Assembly (NCBI GenBank): GCA_964620535.1
Contig: CAZUHN010000237.1
Location: forward strand, 1-60,509
Length of the DNA stretch: 60,509 nt
Reading direction: 5' to 3'
Origin: an uncultured Nitrospinaceae bacterium
Lineage (GTDB): Bacteria > UBA8248
In this document: piece by piece, positions 19,446 to 28,051 of the stretch
How positions within the stretch are numbered: the first letter of the stretch is position 1
Layout of the letters: each line of letters begins with the position of its first letter
Position numbers and translations under genes: made by a program
Notes under the pieces: model-generated
What the model was told of the DNA's origin: nothing
Database searches by the model: none
The model's input: the letters and a program-made list of their open reading frames with translations, nothing else

Positions 19446-20720
19446 TTGATAGAATTTTTCACCTGGTTGTTTCCCCTTTGCGAGTCGAGATCCTTGGCAC
19501 GTCTATTTGAGAACGATTCCCTCGAGTTGATCGGCCGCTGGGGCGTGGAAGTCCCGGCATTTGAGGTGGCCGAGAGCCCGGAGGAGGTCGCCGCCGCCCT
19601 GGAGCGCCTGGGGGGAAGGGTCGTCCTCAAGGCGCTCGTTCCGGTGGGAGGGCGGGGCAAGGCGGGCGCGGTGAAGCTCGTCTCCTCGCCGGAAGAAGCA
19701 CGCGAAGAGGGCGGCCGCATCCTCGGCCTCACGGTTCACCGCTTTCCCGTCAAACGCCTCCTCGTGATGGAGGCGCTGGAGATCCGGCGCGAATTTTTCC
19801 TCTCCATCACCTTCGACCCCAAGCACAAGAGTCCCCTCGTCCTCTTCAGCGCCGAGGGAGGGATCGACATCGAAGAGCTCGTGGCGGACCACCCCGAAAA
19901 GATCTTCGAGTTTCCGGTGGACATCACCCGGGGGCTCGAGGCCCGCCGCGGGTCGGACCTCGCCGGGCGCGCCGGGCTAGCGGAGGATGCTTCCCTTCTC
20001 TGCGGTCGGGCGATGCAGGGTCTCTACGAGCTGTTCCGGGCGTGCGACTGCCGGATGGTGGAGGTGAACCCGCTGGCCGAACTCGCGGGCGGGCGCCTCG
20101 TGGCGGGCTCGGGGGTGGTTAATCTGGACGAGCAGGCCCTGCACCGCCATCCGGACCTGGAAAAACTCGTGAGAGAGGAGGAGGGGAACGGCTGGCGGCC
20201 CCTGACGCCCCTCGAGCGCGAGATGCGCGAGATCGACGCCATCGACCCCCACAGCGGGGCCATCCGCTTCGGCGAAATGGAGGGCGACATCGCCTTCATG
20301 GTGACGGGGGGCGGGTACGGCCTCGCGAGCCTCGGCCAGTTCCTCGAGGAAGGGGGCCGGCCGGCCTGCACCTTCGATATCACCCCGGGGCGCTACGAGG
20401 AGAAGATGTACCGGGCCGTCAAGGCGGTTCTCTCCCAGCCGGGGCTCCGGGGGCTGGTTCTGGCCGGGAATGTGAGCAATTTCACCCGGGTGGATATCAA
20501 GGTGGCGGGGGTGGTCCGCGGCCTCAAGGAAGCGGGCCTCGATTTCAACAAAATTCCCGTCGTCATCCGCTACGCCGGACCCGGGATCGAGGAGGCGCGC
20601 CGGATGATCGCCGAGGTGCCCGGGGTGGAGTGGCACGAGGCGGACTTCTCCCTCGAAGCGGTCTGCAGGCGCATCGTGGACCTCGCCTATCGGCGCGGAG
20701 AAGGAAAGGAGCGTGCGTGA
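19446..20720 (+). CDS. Succinyl-CoA synthetase beta-subunit-like protein (ATP-grasp, ADP-forming acyl-CoA synthetase family)
   Basis: VVLKALVPVGGRGKAGAVKLV matches the SucC ATP-grasp motif. The remainder is divergent (FMVTGGGYGLASL instead of CMVNGAGLAMGT). The in-frame TTG at 19494 (MARLFENDSLELIGRWGV) is an alternative start. Confidence 0.8.
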   Translation: MIEFFTWLFPLCESRSLARLFENDSLELIGRWGVEVPAFEVAESPEEVAAALERLGGRVVLKALVPVGGRGKAGAVKLVSSPEEAREEGGRILGLTVHRFPVKRLLVMEALEIRREFFLSITFDPKHKSPLVLFSAEGGIDIEELVADHPEKIFEFPVDITRGLEARRGSDLAGRAGLAEDASLLCGRAMQGLYELFRACDCRMVEVNPLAELAGGRLVAGSGVVNLDEQALHRHPDLEKLVREEEGNGWRPLTPLEREMREIDAIDPHSGAIRFGEMEGDIAFMVTGGGYGLASLGQFLEEGGRPACTFDITPGRYEEKMYRAVKAVLSQPGLRGLVLAGNVSNFTRVDIKVAGVVRGLKEAGLDFNKIPVVIRYAGPGIEEARRMIAEVPGVEWHEADFSLEAVCRRIVDLAYRRGEGKERA

Positions 20721-21622
20721 GCATCATACTCGACGGAGCGACCCGCGTTCTCGTCCAGGGGATCACCGGAGCAGAGGCGCGCCGCCTCCTTCCCACCATG
20801 CGCGATTACGGGACGAACGTCGTGGCCGGGGTTTCGCCCGGAAAGGGGGGGCAGAAGGTGGACGGCGTTCCCGTCTTCAGCACAGCGGAGGCCGCCCTTC
20901 GCGAGGTGGAGGTGGACATTTCCGTCCTATTCATCCCGGCGCGCTTCGTGCGCGATGCCGCTCTCGAGGCGATCGGGGCCGGGGTTCCCGCCGTCCATGT
21001 TCTCGCCGAGGGAGTTCCCCACCACGACGCCTGCGAGATCGTCACCCGGGGAAAATCGGCCGGCACCTTCATCATCGGGCCCAACAGCCAGGGGATGGTC
21101 TCTCCGGGCAAGGCCAAGCTGGGGGGGACCGGTGGCGAGGTTCCCGGCCTCATGTTCCGTCCCGGGCCGGTCGGTGTGGTGAGCCGGAGCGGGGGGATGG
21201 GGGCGGAGATCTGCCTCTTCCTCACCCTGGCGGGAATCGGCCAGAGTACCTACGTCGCCATTGGGGGGGACCTCATCATCGGCGCCGCGTTCGTGGAGAT
21301 GCTGGAACTCTTCGAGCGGGACCCCGAAACCGAGTGCGTGGTCATATTCGGCGAGCCGGGCACAGGCCGCGAGGAGGAGGCGGCGGAGTTCATCGCCGCG
21401 GGCGGATTCACGAAGCCGGTGGTGGCCATGATCCCGGGCGAGTTCCTGGAGAACTCTCCGAGCCCCACAAGCCTGGGCCACACTGGGGCTCTCATCGAGC
21501 GCGGGGTGGGCGCCCCCTCGGGGAAAAAGAAACTCCTGCGCGAGGCGGGAGCGGAGATAGCCGAGCACTTTTCCGATATCGTTCCTCTGGTGGCAAAAGC
21601 GCTCGAACGGCGGATCATCTGA
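20717..21622 (+). CDS. Succinyl-CoA synthetase alpha-subunit-like protein (CoA-binding, phosphohistidine subunit)
   Basis: GTG at 20717 overlaps the upstream stop (GTGA) and follows AAGGAAAGGAG. Contains VLVQGITGAEAR, VAGVSPGKGGQKVDGVPVF, SRSGGMGAE and GHTGALI (catalytic His). Confidence 0.85.
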   Translation: MSIILDGATRVLVQGITGAEARRLLPTMRDYGTNVVAGVSPGKGGQKVDGVPVFSTAEAALREVEVDISVLFIPARFVRDAALEAIGAGVPAVHVLAEGVPHHDACEIVTRGKSAGTFIIGPNSQGMVSPGKAKLGGTGGEVPGLMFRPGPVGVVSRSGGMGAEICLFLTLAGIGQSTYVAIGGDLIIGAAFVEMLELFERDPETECVVIFGEPGTGREEEAAEFIAAGGFTKPVVAMIPGEFLENSPSPTSLGHTGALIERGVGAPSGKKKLLREAGAEIAEHFSDIVPLVAKALERRII

Positions 21623-22092
21623 CACTACGGGGCAGAGGATTTTGCCGGGGATGAAGTGAAGGAGGGAGCGGCATCCAAATTATACTGGGCTGCGGTCGTT
21701 TCATATGGATCGTTTAGTGCGAGCAATGAAACTGACAATACCGGCCGGGTCCGGCGAGATCCGTCGGGAAAAATTGTTTTTTCAGACTGCGTAATCAGAT
21801 ATCGGCTCGGCAAAAAAAATTCAGTTCGGGAAAGCACCAACGCCTGCCACATTGTACCAATAGGTTTATTCGCTTTTTAATATAACCTTTTCCAGCCTCC
21901 CGCTAGCAATTTTCCCATCAACAAAATCCCTTGTATTTCAATGAATTGGGCATTTCAGTGTTGATTTTTTCTTATGTATGATGATAGTATTATAATCGTT
22001 GGTCTGAATTAACACACATGATACATAATTGAATGTTACCGCCCGAGGAAGCCAGTAAAGCTCTACAGCATCCCGGGCGAGGGGTTAGTTTA

Positions 22093-22127
22093 CCTTTTGC
22101 CCGAGAGGTTCGGGACGAGGTTTTTTT
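22093..22127 (+). terminator. Terminator/attenuator-like hairpin plus T7 run in the symporter leader
   Basis: An imperfect stem spans 22093-22120 (core CCCGA/TCGGG, outer CCTT/GAGG), followed by TTTTTTT at 22121-22127 and a second T6 run. It lies about 135 nt upstream of the micro-ORF. Confidence 0.3.
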
Positions 22128-22261
22128 CGGCTTTTTTGAATATTAACAGCTCCGGAGGATTGTATTTTCTCGTTTTGGTTAAGCCCTTTCTCCGAGCCGT
22201 CATTCGGGGCCGAGCGTTCCCTGCAACAAAGTTCGTCCGAGAAACGATAGGAGGTGCCGCC

Positions 22262-22345
22262 ATGCCGTTGTGGGTAATTCTTCCTTATTTTGTTTTGCCA
22301 GCAGTACTTCTGGTGATATTCGCTATGATGGGAGGTGATAGCTAA
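22262..22345 (+). CDS. 27-aa single-TM micro-protein, translationally coupled to the symporter
   Basis: AGGAGG (22249-22254) lies 7 nt upstream of the ATG at 22262. The product is MPLWVILPYFVLPAVLLVIFAMMGGDS. Its TAA stop overlaps the symporter ATG (TAATG). Confidence 0.5.
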   Translation: MPLWVILPYFVLPAVLLVIFAMMGGDS

Positions 22346-23802
22346 TGTCTCCACAGGCTTGGTCTTGGATTGGACTCCTTATTTACGTTGCAGCCGTCGC
22401 GTACATCACATATCAGGCAGCTCAGGCGACACGCACCTCCGAGGATTTTTATGTTGGAGGCCGCAGCCTGGGAATCTTTGTAGTCGCCATGACTTATGCC
22501 GCATCCTCGGTGAGCGGAAGCACATTCGTAGGCATTCCCGGGGTCGCCTACCGGTTCGGTTACGGCGTCTACCACCTCTACGGGTCGAGCACGGTCGGTA
22601 TGGTGTTGGGCTGGTGGTTTGTTGCGAGGATGTATCGAGAAGCCGCCGAGCGAACAAACGCGCTCACCCTTCCCGACATCATGGCCAAGCGCTTCAACAG
22701 CAATTTCGTCCGATTGCTTGGCGCGCTCGTCATCATCGTCGGAACCTTTTTCGTCATGGTGGCCCAGTACAAGGCAGTGGGGGTCATCTTCTCCGAGCTC
22801 TTCGGGATGTCGTTCAACACCGCCGTGATCCTCTTTGCGATCATCGTCGCAGTTTATCTGGCGGTCGGCGGGTTCTTGGCCGTCGCATGGACCGACACGC
22901 TCCAGGGCTGCATTATGATTGTCGGCATGCTGTTGATCGTCTTCATTGGTCTCAGCCAGGTGGGTGGTTTAGGGGGGCTGAACGCAAAAGTGGGTGAGGC
23001 CAAACCGGAGATGCTCCAGGTGTTCGGGTGGCTGTCGGGTTATGCGCTAATCGGTGGGAGTCTGTTGCTCATCGTGTTCAATATGGCGGTTCCCTATGTC
23101 AGCGTCCGCTTCATCACCTATCGGAGAGGTCCCGGTGCCGAGCTGAAGGCCGGTATCTTGTCCACGATTTTCAACATGATTTTCTCCCTTGCCATAATTG
23201 TGGGCATGCTGGCGTTCATTCTCCTTCCGGGCCTTAAAGAATTCGACAAGGCTATGCCGCGTTTGATTCTGCACCTCCTCCATCCGGTGGTTGCGGCAAT
23301 TCTCCTGGCCGCTACTGTCTCCGCGATCATGTCTACGGTCGACTCGGGTCTGATCATGGTGGGCCAGTCCTTCGCGCGGGACATCTACCAGGAGTTGATC
23401 GCGGGTGAGGAGGAGGTTTCGGACGCTAGGCTCCTGGTCCTCTCCCGTGTTATCGTGGTGATCGTCGTTATCGTTAGCGCCATTGCCTCGATGTGGGCGC
23501 CGCCAAAATTTCTCACGCTCTTCCTCCTGTTCGGGGCCGGGTTTATGGCGGTCACGTTTTTCCTCTCTCTTACCCTCGGTCTGTGGTGGAAGCGAATGAA
23601 CAGCTATGGCGCAATGGCCGGCATCCTGATTCCCTTTGTAATCTACGTGGGGAACAGGATGTTCGGTTTCGGAGCCTCCGGCTTTAAGCTCTTTGCGGTT
23701 TCCATTTTATGGGGCTTAATCGGCTCGGTCTTGTTGAGTTTGATGACGCCGGCGCAGCCACGTGAGGAGCTTGAGGCTGTATTCGGGAGGGGAAGAGTAT
23801 AA
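22345..23802 (+). CDS. Sodium:solute symporter (SSS) family transporter
   Basis: 485-aa polytopic membrane protein with the SSS-like N-terminus FYVGGRSLGIFVVAMTYAASSVSGSTFVGIPG and about 13 hydrophobic segments. Confidence 0.85.
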   Translation: MSPQAWSWIGLLIYVAAVAYITYQAAQATRTSEDFYVGGRSLGIFVVAMTYAASSVSGSTFVGIPGVAYRFGYGVYHLYGSSTVGMVLGWWFVARMYREAAERTNALTLPDIMAKRFNSNFVRLLGALVIIVGTFFVMVAQYKAVGVIFSELFGMSFNTAVILFAIIVAVYLAVGGFLAVAWTDTLQGCIMIVGMLLIVFIGLSQVGGLGGLNAKVGEAKPEMLQVFGWLSGYALIGGSLLLIVFNMAVPYVSVRFITYRRGPGAELKAGILSTIFNMIFSLAIIVGMLAFILLPGLKEFDKAMPRLILHLLHPVVAAILLAATVSAIMSTVDSGLIMVGQSFARDIYQELIAGEEEVSDARLLVLSRVIVVIVVIVSAIASMWAPPKFLTLFLLFGAGFMAVTFFLSLTLGLWWKRMNSYGAMAGILIPFVIYVGNRMFGFGASGFKLFAVSILWGLIGSVLLSLMTPAQPREELEAVFGRGRV

Positions 23803-23857
23803 GGCAAGAGAAAACGGAAATTGAGCGTGTAGCCGATTGGTTACACCGAAATTGACC

Positions 23858-24388
23858 TCACGGGAGGGCCCTCTGCAGGATCACATCGCGGAGGGCCTTC
23901 TCTTTTTTCCAGCTGAGCCCGTCGTATACGATGTGCTCTCTCTTATTTCGTTTCTTTTCTTCGATAACTAGAAAGGGAAGATGGATCGGGTGTTTTTCAA
24001 GAAAATTTATCAAGGGGGGGAAATAGGTACGAAATTTTAGAACCAGAAGCCTGTCGCAGGCCTTCCGGGCGAGCTCCATCGCCTCCTCTTCGGGCACAGT
24101 GCCTTCCACCACCAGGGCGTCGTCGGCCGGTTCCAGTTCCCCGAAAGCGTATTTTTCCCCCAAAATGCTCCAAAATCCTTTGGTCGAATCGAGGAGAATG
24201 CTCATCCTCACTTTTTTGGGTTTCATGAACATCCGCTTGAGGGCGCAGTCGAAAACGAAGATCCGATAGGGCATATATATTTTCCGGTTCCACCGTGCCC
24301 GGAGTTCTTCTTCGGGGAGGAAGGGGGGGAATTCGGGGGAGGAATCGCCTTCGCTGCATAATGTCGTCACATGTCTTTTTTCCGCCAT
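23858..24388 (-). CDS. Hypothetical protein
   Basis: Open frame downstream of, and co-directional with, the Cld-like gene. I chose the ATG at 24388 (MAEKRHVTT) to avoid overlap with the upstream gene. No motif recognised. Confidence 0.5.
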   Translation of the reverse strand: MAEKRHVTTLCSEGDSSPEFPPFLPEEELRARWNRKIYMPYRIFVFDCALKRMFMKPKKVRMSILLDSTKGFWSILGEKYAFGELEPADDALVVEGTVPEEEAMELARKACDRLLVLKFRTYFPPLINFLEKHPIHLPFLVIEEKKRNKREHIVYDGLSWKKEKALRDVILQRALP

Positions 24389-24477
24389 CGCCGTCTTTCC
24401 GTTCAACCGATTGGAGCCGTAAGGGCGGGAGTGTAACCCTGGCCCCGCGCTGGGACACAGGGTGGCATTCGCCGCGC

Positions 24478-25344
24478 TCAGATTTTGTCGCTCTCCGCGG
24501 CCACAGGCCATTCGGGGACCTGGCCCTCGAAAATCTGGTGCAGATCCTGCGGGCGGACGCGGAGGGAGATGAAAAATTGCCCGAACTCGCCGTACCAGAC
24601 GGTCGCCTCGTCGAAGCGCATTTCGTAGACCAGTTTTTTGAAAACGAGGGGATCGTCAGAAAAAAGGTAAACGCCCCATTCCCAGTCGTCGAACCCGATG
24701 CTTCCGGTGATGATCTGCGTGACTTGTCCGGTGTACTTTCTTCCCACCATTCCATGATCCCGCATCAGCATCTGCCGTTTTTCGATGGGCTCGTTGTACC
24801 AATTCGCTTTTTCGCTCCGGCGCTTGTTCATCGGGTAAAAGCAAAGATAGCGGAGGTCAGGGATGGGCATGAAGAGGCGTCCCTTCATGCGCTCCCGCTG
24901 GCTATCCATTTCGGCACGCCATTTCATTTTCCACTCATCGGTCTCGGGTTGTAGGCCGTCCGCGAGAAGTTGTTCGTGGAGCTTGATGGTCATTTCGTAG
25001 AGTCCGAGCTCCAGAAAGGAGACGTATGAGGTGGTCTCCTCGAGGTGCTCGGCGAGGGAAAGATGATGGAAGCCGATCTCGGCCTCGTTCAGCAGGTCCA
25101 GCGTCGGGCGGAAGTGGAGCAGGAGCAAGTCTCCTTTGTGACCAAGAAGAGAGAAGAGGGCGCTCTCGCCCTCCCTGGGCGGGGAAGTTTGATGAAAGTA
25201 TTCTGCTGCCTCGTCCAGAATTTGTTTTTTCTTTTGTTCATCGAGCCGCTTCCAGGAGGACCAGTTGATGCGGAATATTCCGTGAAGGATAGCCCATCCC
25301 TCCAGTGTTTCGGGAACCACGGCCCTGTGGTTGTCCTGGCTCAC
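24478..25344 (-). CDS. Chlorite dismutase family protein (HemQ/ChdC coproheme decarboxylase-like)
   Basis: FYPMNKRRSEKANWY, RQMLMRDHGMVGRKY, GSIGFDDWEWGVYLFSDDP and EMRFDEATVWYGEFGQFF match the Cld/HemQ fold signatures. No signal peptide. Confidence 0.85.
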   Translation of the reverse strand: MSQDNHRAVVPETLEGWAILHGIFRINWSSWKRLDEQKKKQILDEAAEYFHQTSPPREGESALFSLLGHKGDLLLLHFRPTLDLLNEAEIGFHHLSLAEHLEETTSYVSFLELGLYEMTIKLHEQLLADGLQPETDEWKMKWRAEMDSQRERMKGRLFMPIPDLRYLCFYPMNKRRSEKANWYNEPIEKRQMLMRDHGMVGRKYTGQVTQIITGSIGFDDWEWGVYLFSDDPLVFKKLVYEMRFDEATVWYGEFGQFFISLRVRPQDLHQIFEGQVPEWPVAAESDKI

Positions 25345-25974
25345 GCTTTCATCTCCATAAAAAATTGGGGTGCTCCGGGAAAGCTTTGGGGCTGGAAGGG
25401 TGCTAGGATATTATGACTTCTTTCCTATCCAGCTTACCCGGGAACGACAAAATTCGAGAAATTCATAATCCGGAAGACAATGCATAATAAGAGATGTGTT
25501 GGAAAATTGCATCTCTCGGTTTCGGTACAAAGGACCTCATAGGATGGAGGCGTTATCAGAGAACTATATATTATGGGCGTACGCTTTCGGAAATATTCGA
25601 TGAATGTTGGCGTTAAGAATTAAGATAAAAGTCCAGCCGAAAAAACCCAGCCCAGGCGTCACTCCTCGCCTCTACCCTGTAGTGGAACCATCGACGAAGA
25701 GGCACCCTGTGGAATCGTTTGTTGCCGTTTTTTCTTGGAAAAAGAGTGATATGCTTGACTTCGTTGGCTGGGTATTCTAGGAATTATCTTCAGGAATTTA
25801 CCCACGGATGATTGTTTGAGATAGTCCCTTCGGTACAAACGGGCGGCGATCTCACCGCTCGTTCACACAATTTGGATCGAGTCTTCAAATCAAGGGAAAT
25901 GGAGGATTCCAGCCGGAAGGCCTCCTGGTCAGGAACCTGGAATTCCGGGAAAGCACAAAACGAGAGGATCGAAT

Positions 25975-26709
25975 ATGCGCGGTAAAATCTGGAGTATCTA
26001 TCTCACGGTTGCTGCATTGACCCCTGCACTTGTGGTCCCGGTCTCTGCTTATAAGGAGAGTGGCGTCAAAGGGGGGGGGTCGATTTCAGGAACAATCAAG
26101 TTTGACGGGGCGGTGCCCGCCCTTAAGAAACTTTCGGTCAATAAGGACAAAAAGGTCTGCGACAAAAAACCGATCCATGACGAGAGTCTCGTGGTCAAGG
26201 ACGGCGGCGTACAATGGGCGGTCGTGTCTTTAAAAGGGGTGAAATCGGGGAAGAAGTGGGGCGCATTAAAAAAAGCGGTGATGGATCAAGATGGCTGCCG
26301 TTACAAGCCTCATGTCATTGTCATGAAAGCGGGCGAAAAACTGACTGCCCTGAACTCCGACAAAATTCTGCACAACTTCCATACCCATCCAGGAAAAACG
26401 AAAAACAAGGTGGCGAACGTTGCCCAGCCCAAGTTCAAGAAAAAGCTCCGTCTCTCGAAGCGGTATTTTAAGAAATCAGGGATTATGAAGCTCACATGTG
26501 ATGTGCACGACTGGATGGAGGGCTACATTGTCGTGGCTGACAACCCCTACCACGTGGTGTCGGGCGAAGGAGGAAAATTCAAGATTGCAGATGTGCCGGC
26601 AGGCTCATATACCCTTGAAATCTGGCATCAATCCCTCGGAACGAAGTCGATGAAAGTCGAAGTGAAAGCAGGCGCTGATTACACCGTCGAGGCGACCTTA
26701 AAGAAATAG
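25975..26709 (+). CDS. Secreted cupredoxin-like (amicyanin-type ligand spacing) protein with C-terminal carboxypeptidase-regulatory-like beta-sandwich
   Basis: Signal peptide ending VSA-YK. Candidate type-1 Cu ligands are HNFH and CDVHDWM (C-x2-H-x2-M, as in amicyanin). The C-terminal GKFKIADVPAGSYTLEIWH resembles CarboxypepD_reg. Confidence 0.6.
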   Translation: MRGKIWSIYLTVAALTPALVVPVSAYKESGVKGGGSISGTIKFDGAVPALKKLSVNKDKKVCDKKPIHDESLVVKDGGVQWAVVSLKGVKSGKKWGALKKAVMDQDGCRYKPHVIVMKAGEKLTALNSDKILHNFHTHPGKTKNKVANVAQPKFKKKLRLSKRYFKKSGIMKLTCDVHDWMEGYIVVADNPYHVVSGEGGKFKIADVPAGSYTLEIWHQSLGTKSMKVEVKAGADYTVEATLKK

Positions 26710-26732
26710 CAGTTTTGTAAGATTTCTAATTT

Positions 26733-26766
26733 GAAAAGACGCGGGAATCATCTCCCGCGTCTTTTC
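26733..26766. terminator. Bidirectional intrinsic terminator between convergent genes
   Basis: Perfect 14-bp stem: GAAAAGACGCGGGA (26733-26746) pairs with TCCCGCGTCTTTTC (26753-26766) across the 6-nt loop ATCATC. Its A/T-rich ends give a U-run on either strand. Confidence 0.8.
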
Positions 26767-26782
26767 GCGTTTCAAGAGTGAA

Positions 26783-28027
26783 CTAATTTCTTTTCCTCTC
26801 GGACCGCCTCTTGTTTGCAAGCATGGCAACGGCTTTTCCAATTCGATCTATTTCTCTTTCGGAATTCAAGTAATGGATGGAGGCACGCAACGAAGGCGGA
26901 TTCGAATCGACGGCTCGAAGGACGATACTATCCTTTTTCAACAGAATTCTTAGTGCCTCTTCTGCACTCAAATTTTTTATTCGGAAGGATACCAGCCCGG
27001 ATTGAGCGGGGCCCGGCGGGGAGAGAACTACAGTTCCTTCGCATTCCCTCAAGGTGTTTAGAAACTGGTCAGCCAGCTTTGCGATCCGCCTTTCGATGAA
27101 GCGAAGTCCCGATTTTTGGCAGATATCGATAGCAACCCCGAGGCCGGAAAAAAGAGCGGGACTAATGGTACTTACTTCGAAGCGCCCAGCGTCTGCGCGT
27201 GGCTTAAAGGTCAATGTCTCAAGGCGCTTTATCCGCGCCGACCGGTATCCGGCTGCCGCCTCGCTGATCTTCCTTCTGAGTGCCTGCCGTACAAATACCG
27301 CACCGGTTCCCTGCGGCCCCATAAGCCATTTCTGGCCTGAAATCGTATACACATCCACCCCCAACTTCTTTACATCAACCGGGATCTGCCCTACTGATTG
27401 AGCACCGTCTACGATGAGAAGCGTCCCGGCCTTCTTGCAGAGGCGGCTGATTTTTCTTACTGGAAGGCGCCGGCCTGTAAGCCAAGCCACATGGCTTATG
27501 GATACAGCACGGGTGCGTGGGCCCAAAGAAGTGGCGAGATTTTTCAATAGATCTTCGTCTGAATTCCCTGTTTGCAACAGGTTCACCCGAATATCTCTCC
27601 GGCCGCGCCAAACGAGCCAGGGCAGATAGCCTCCGGGATGTTCCAGATCGCTGACGAGCACCTCATCTCCCCGGTTCCACTCCATCCCGGCGGCGGCGAG
27701 ATTGACTCCTGCCGTGGTGTTATCCACCAAGGCAATTTCCTCCGGCCGGGCGCCAAGAAGGCGCGCCGCGGAGCGGCGAAGGGATGACAGGATTTTGATC
27801 GATTCTTTCCGAATCACATCGTGAAACGGTCCCAGCACTGCTTCACGCTGAAGGACTCGCCCCACCTCGCGAATTACGTTGTGAGGAGAAGGCCCACCCC
27901 CACCCCAGTTTACGTATAATTGCCCTTTGAGCGCGGGTACGCTTTTCCGAATCCGTTTGAGTCTCTCTTCGCTGGACAATGTCGGAAGAACCTCCTCCCT
28001 CAGATGGGTTCGAACACTACAAGGCAA
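26783..28027 (-). CDS. Aminotransferase class V-fold PLP-dependent enzyme (NifS/SufS-like fold, no active-site Cys loop seen)
   Basis: LIVDGAQSVGQIPVDV and YTISGQKWLMGPQGTG supply the PLP-lysine motif, and SLRASIHYLNSEREIDR is the C-terminal signature. It lies 24 nt downstream of selB on the same strand. Confidence 0.8.
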   Translation of the reverse strand: MPCSVRTHLREEVLPTLSSEERLKRIRKSVPALKGQLYVNWGGGGPSPHNVIREVGRVLQREAVLGPFHDVIRKESIKILSSLRRSAARLLGARPEEIALVDNTTAGVNLAAAGMEWNRGDEVLVSDLEHPGGYLPWLVWRGRRDIRVNLLQTGNSDEDLLKNLATSLGPRTRAVSISHVAWLTGRRLPVRKISRLCKKAGTLLIVDGAQSVGQIPVDVKKLGVDVYTISGQKWLMGPQGTGAVFVRQALRRKISEAAAGYRSARIKRLETLTFKPRADAGRFEVSTISPALFSGLGVAIDICQKSGLRFIERRIAKLADQFLNTLRECEGTVVLSPPGPAQSGLVSFRIKNLSAEEALRILLKKDSIVLRAVDSNPPSLRASIHYLNSEREIDRIGKAVAMLANKRRSERKRN

Positions 28028-28051
28028 TTTTTCGCCGAGGAAACCGGCAAT

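Noticed and set aside
22097-22345. The 82-aa version of the ORF upstream of the symporter
   Set aside because: Its 5' two-thirds cover the terminator-like hairpin and T-runs and have no RBS. The strong AGGAGG sits in front of the internal ATG at 22262, so only the 27-codon version is plausible.
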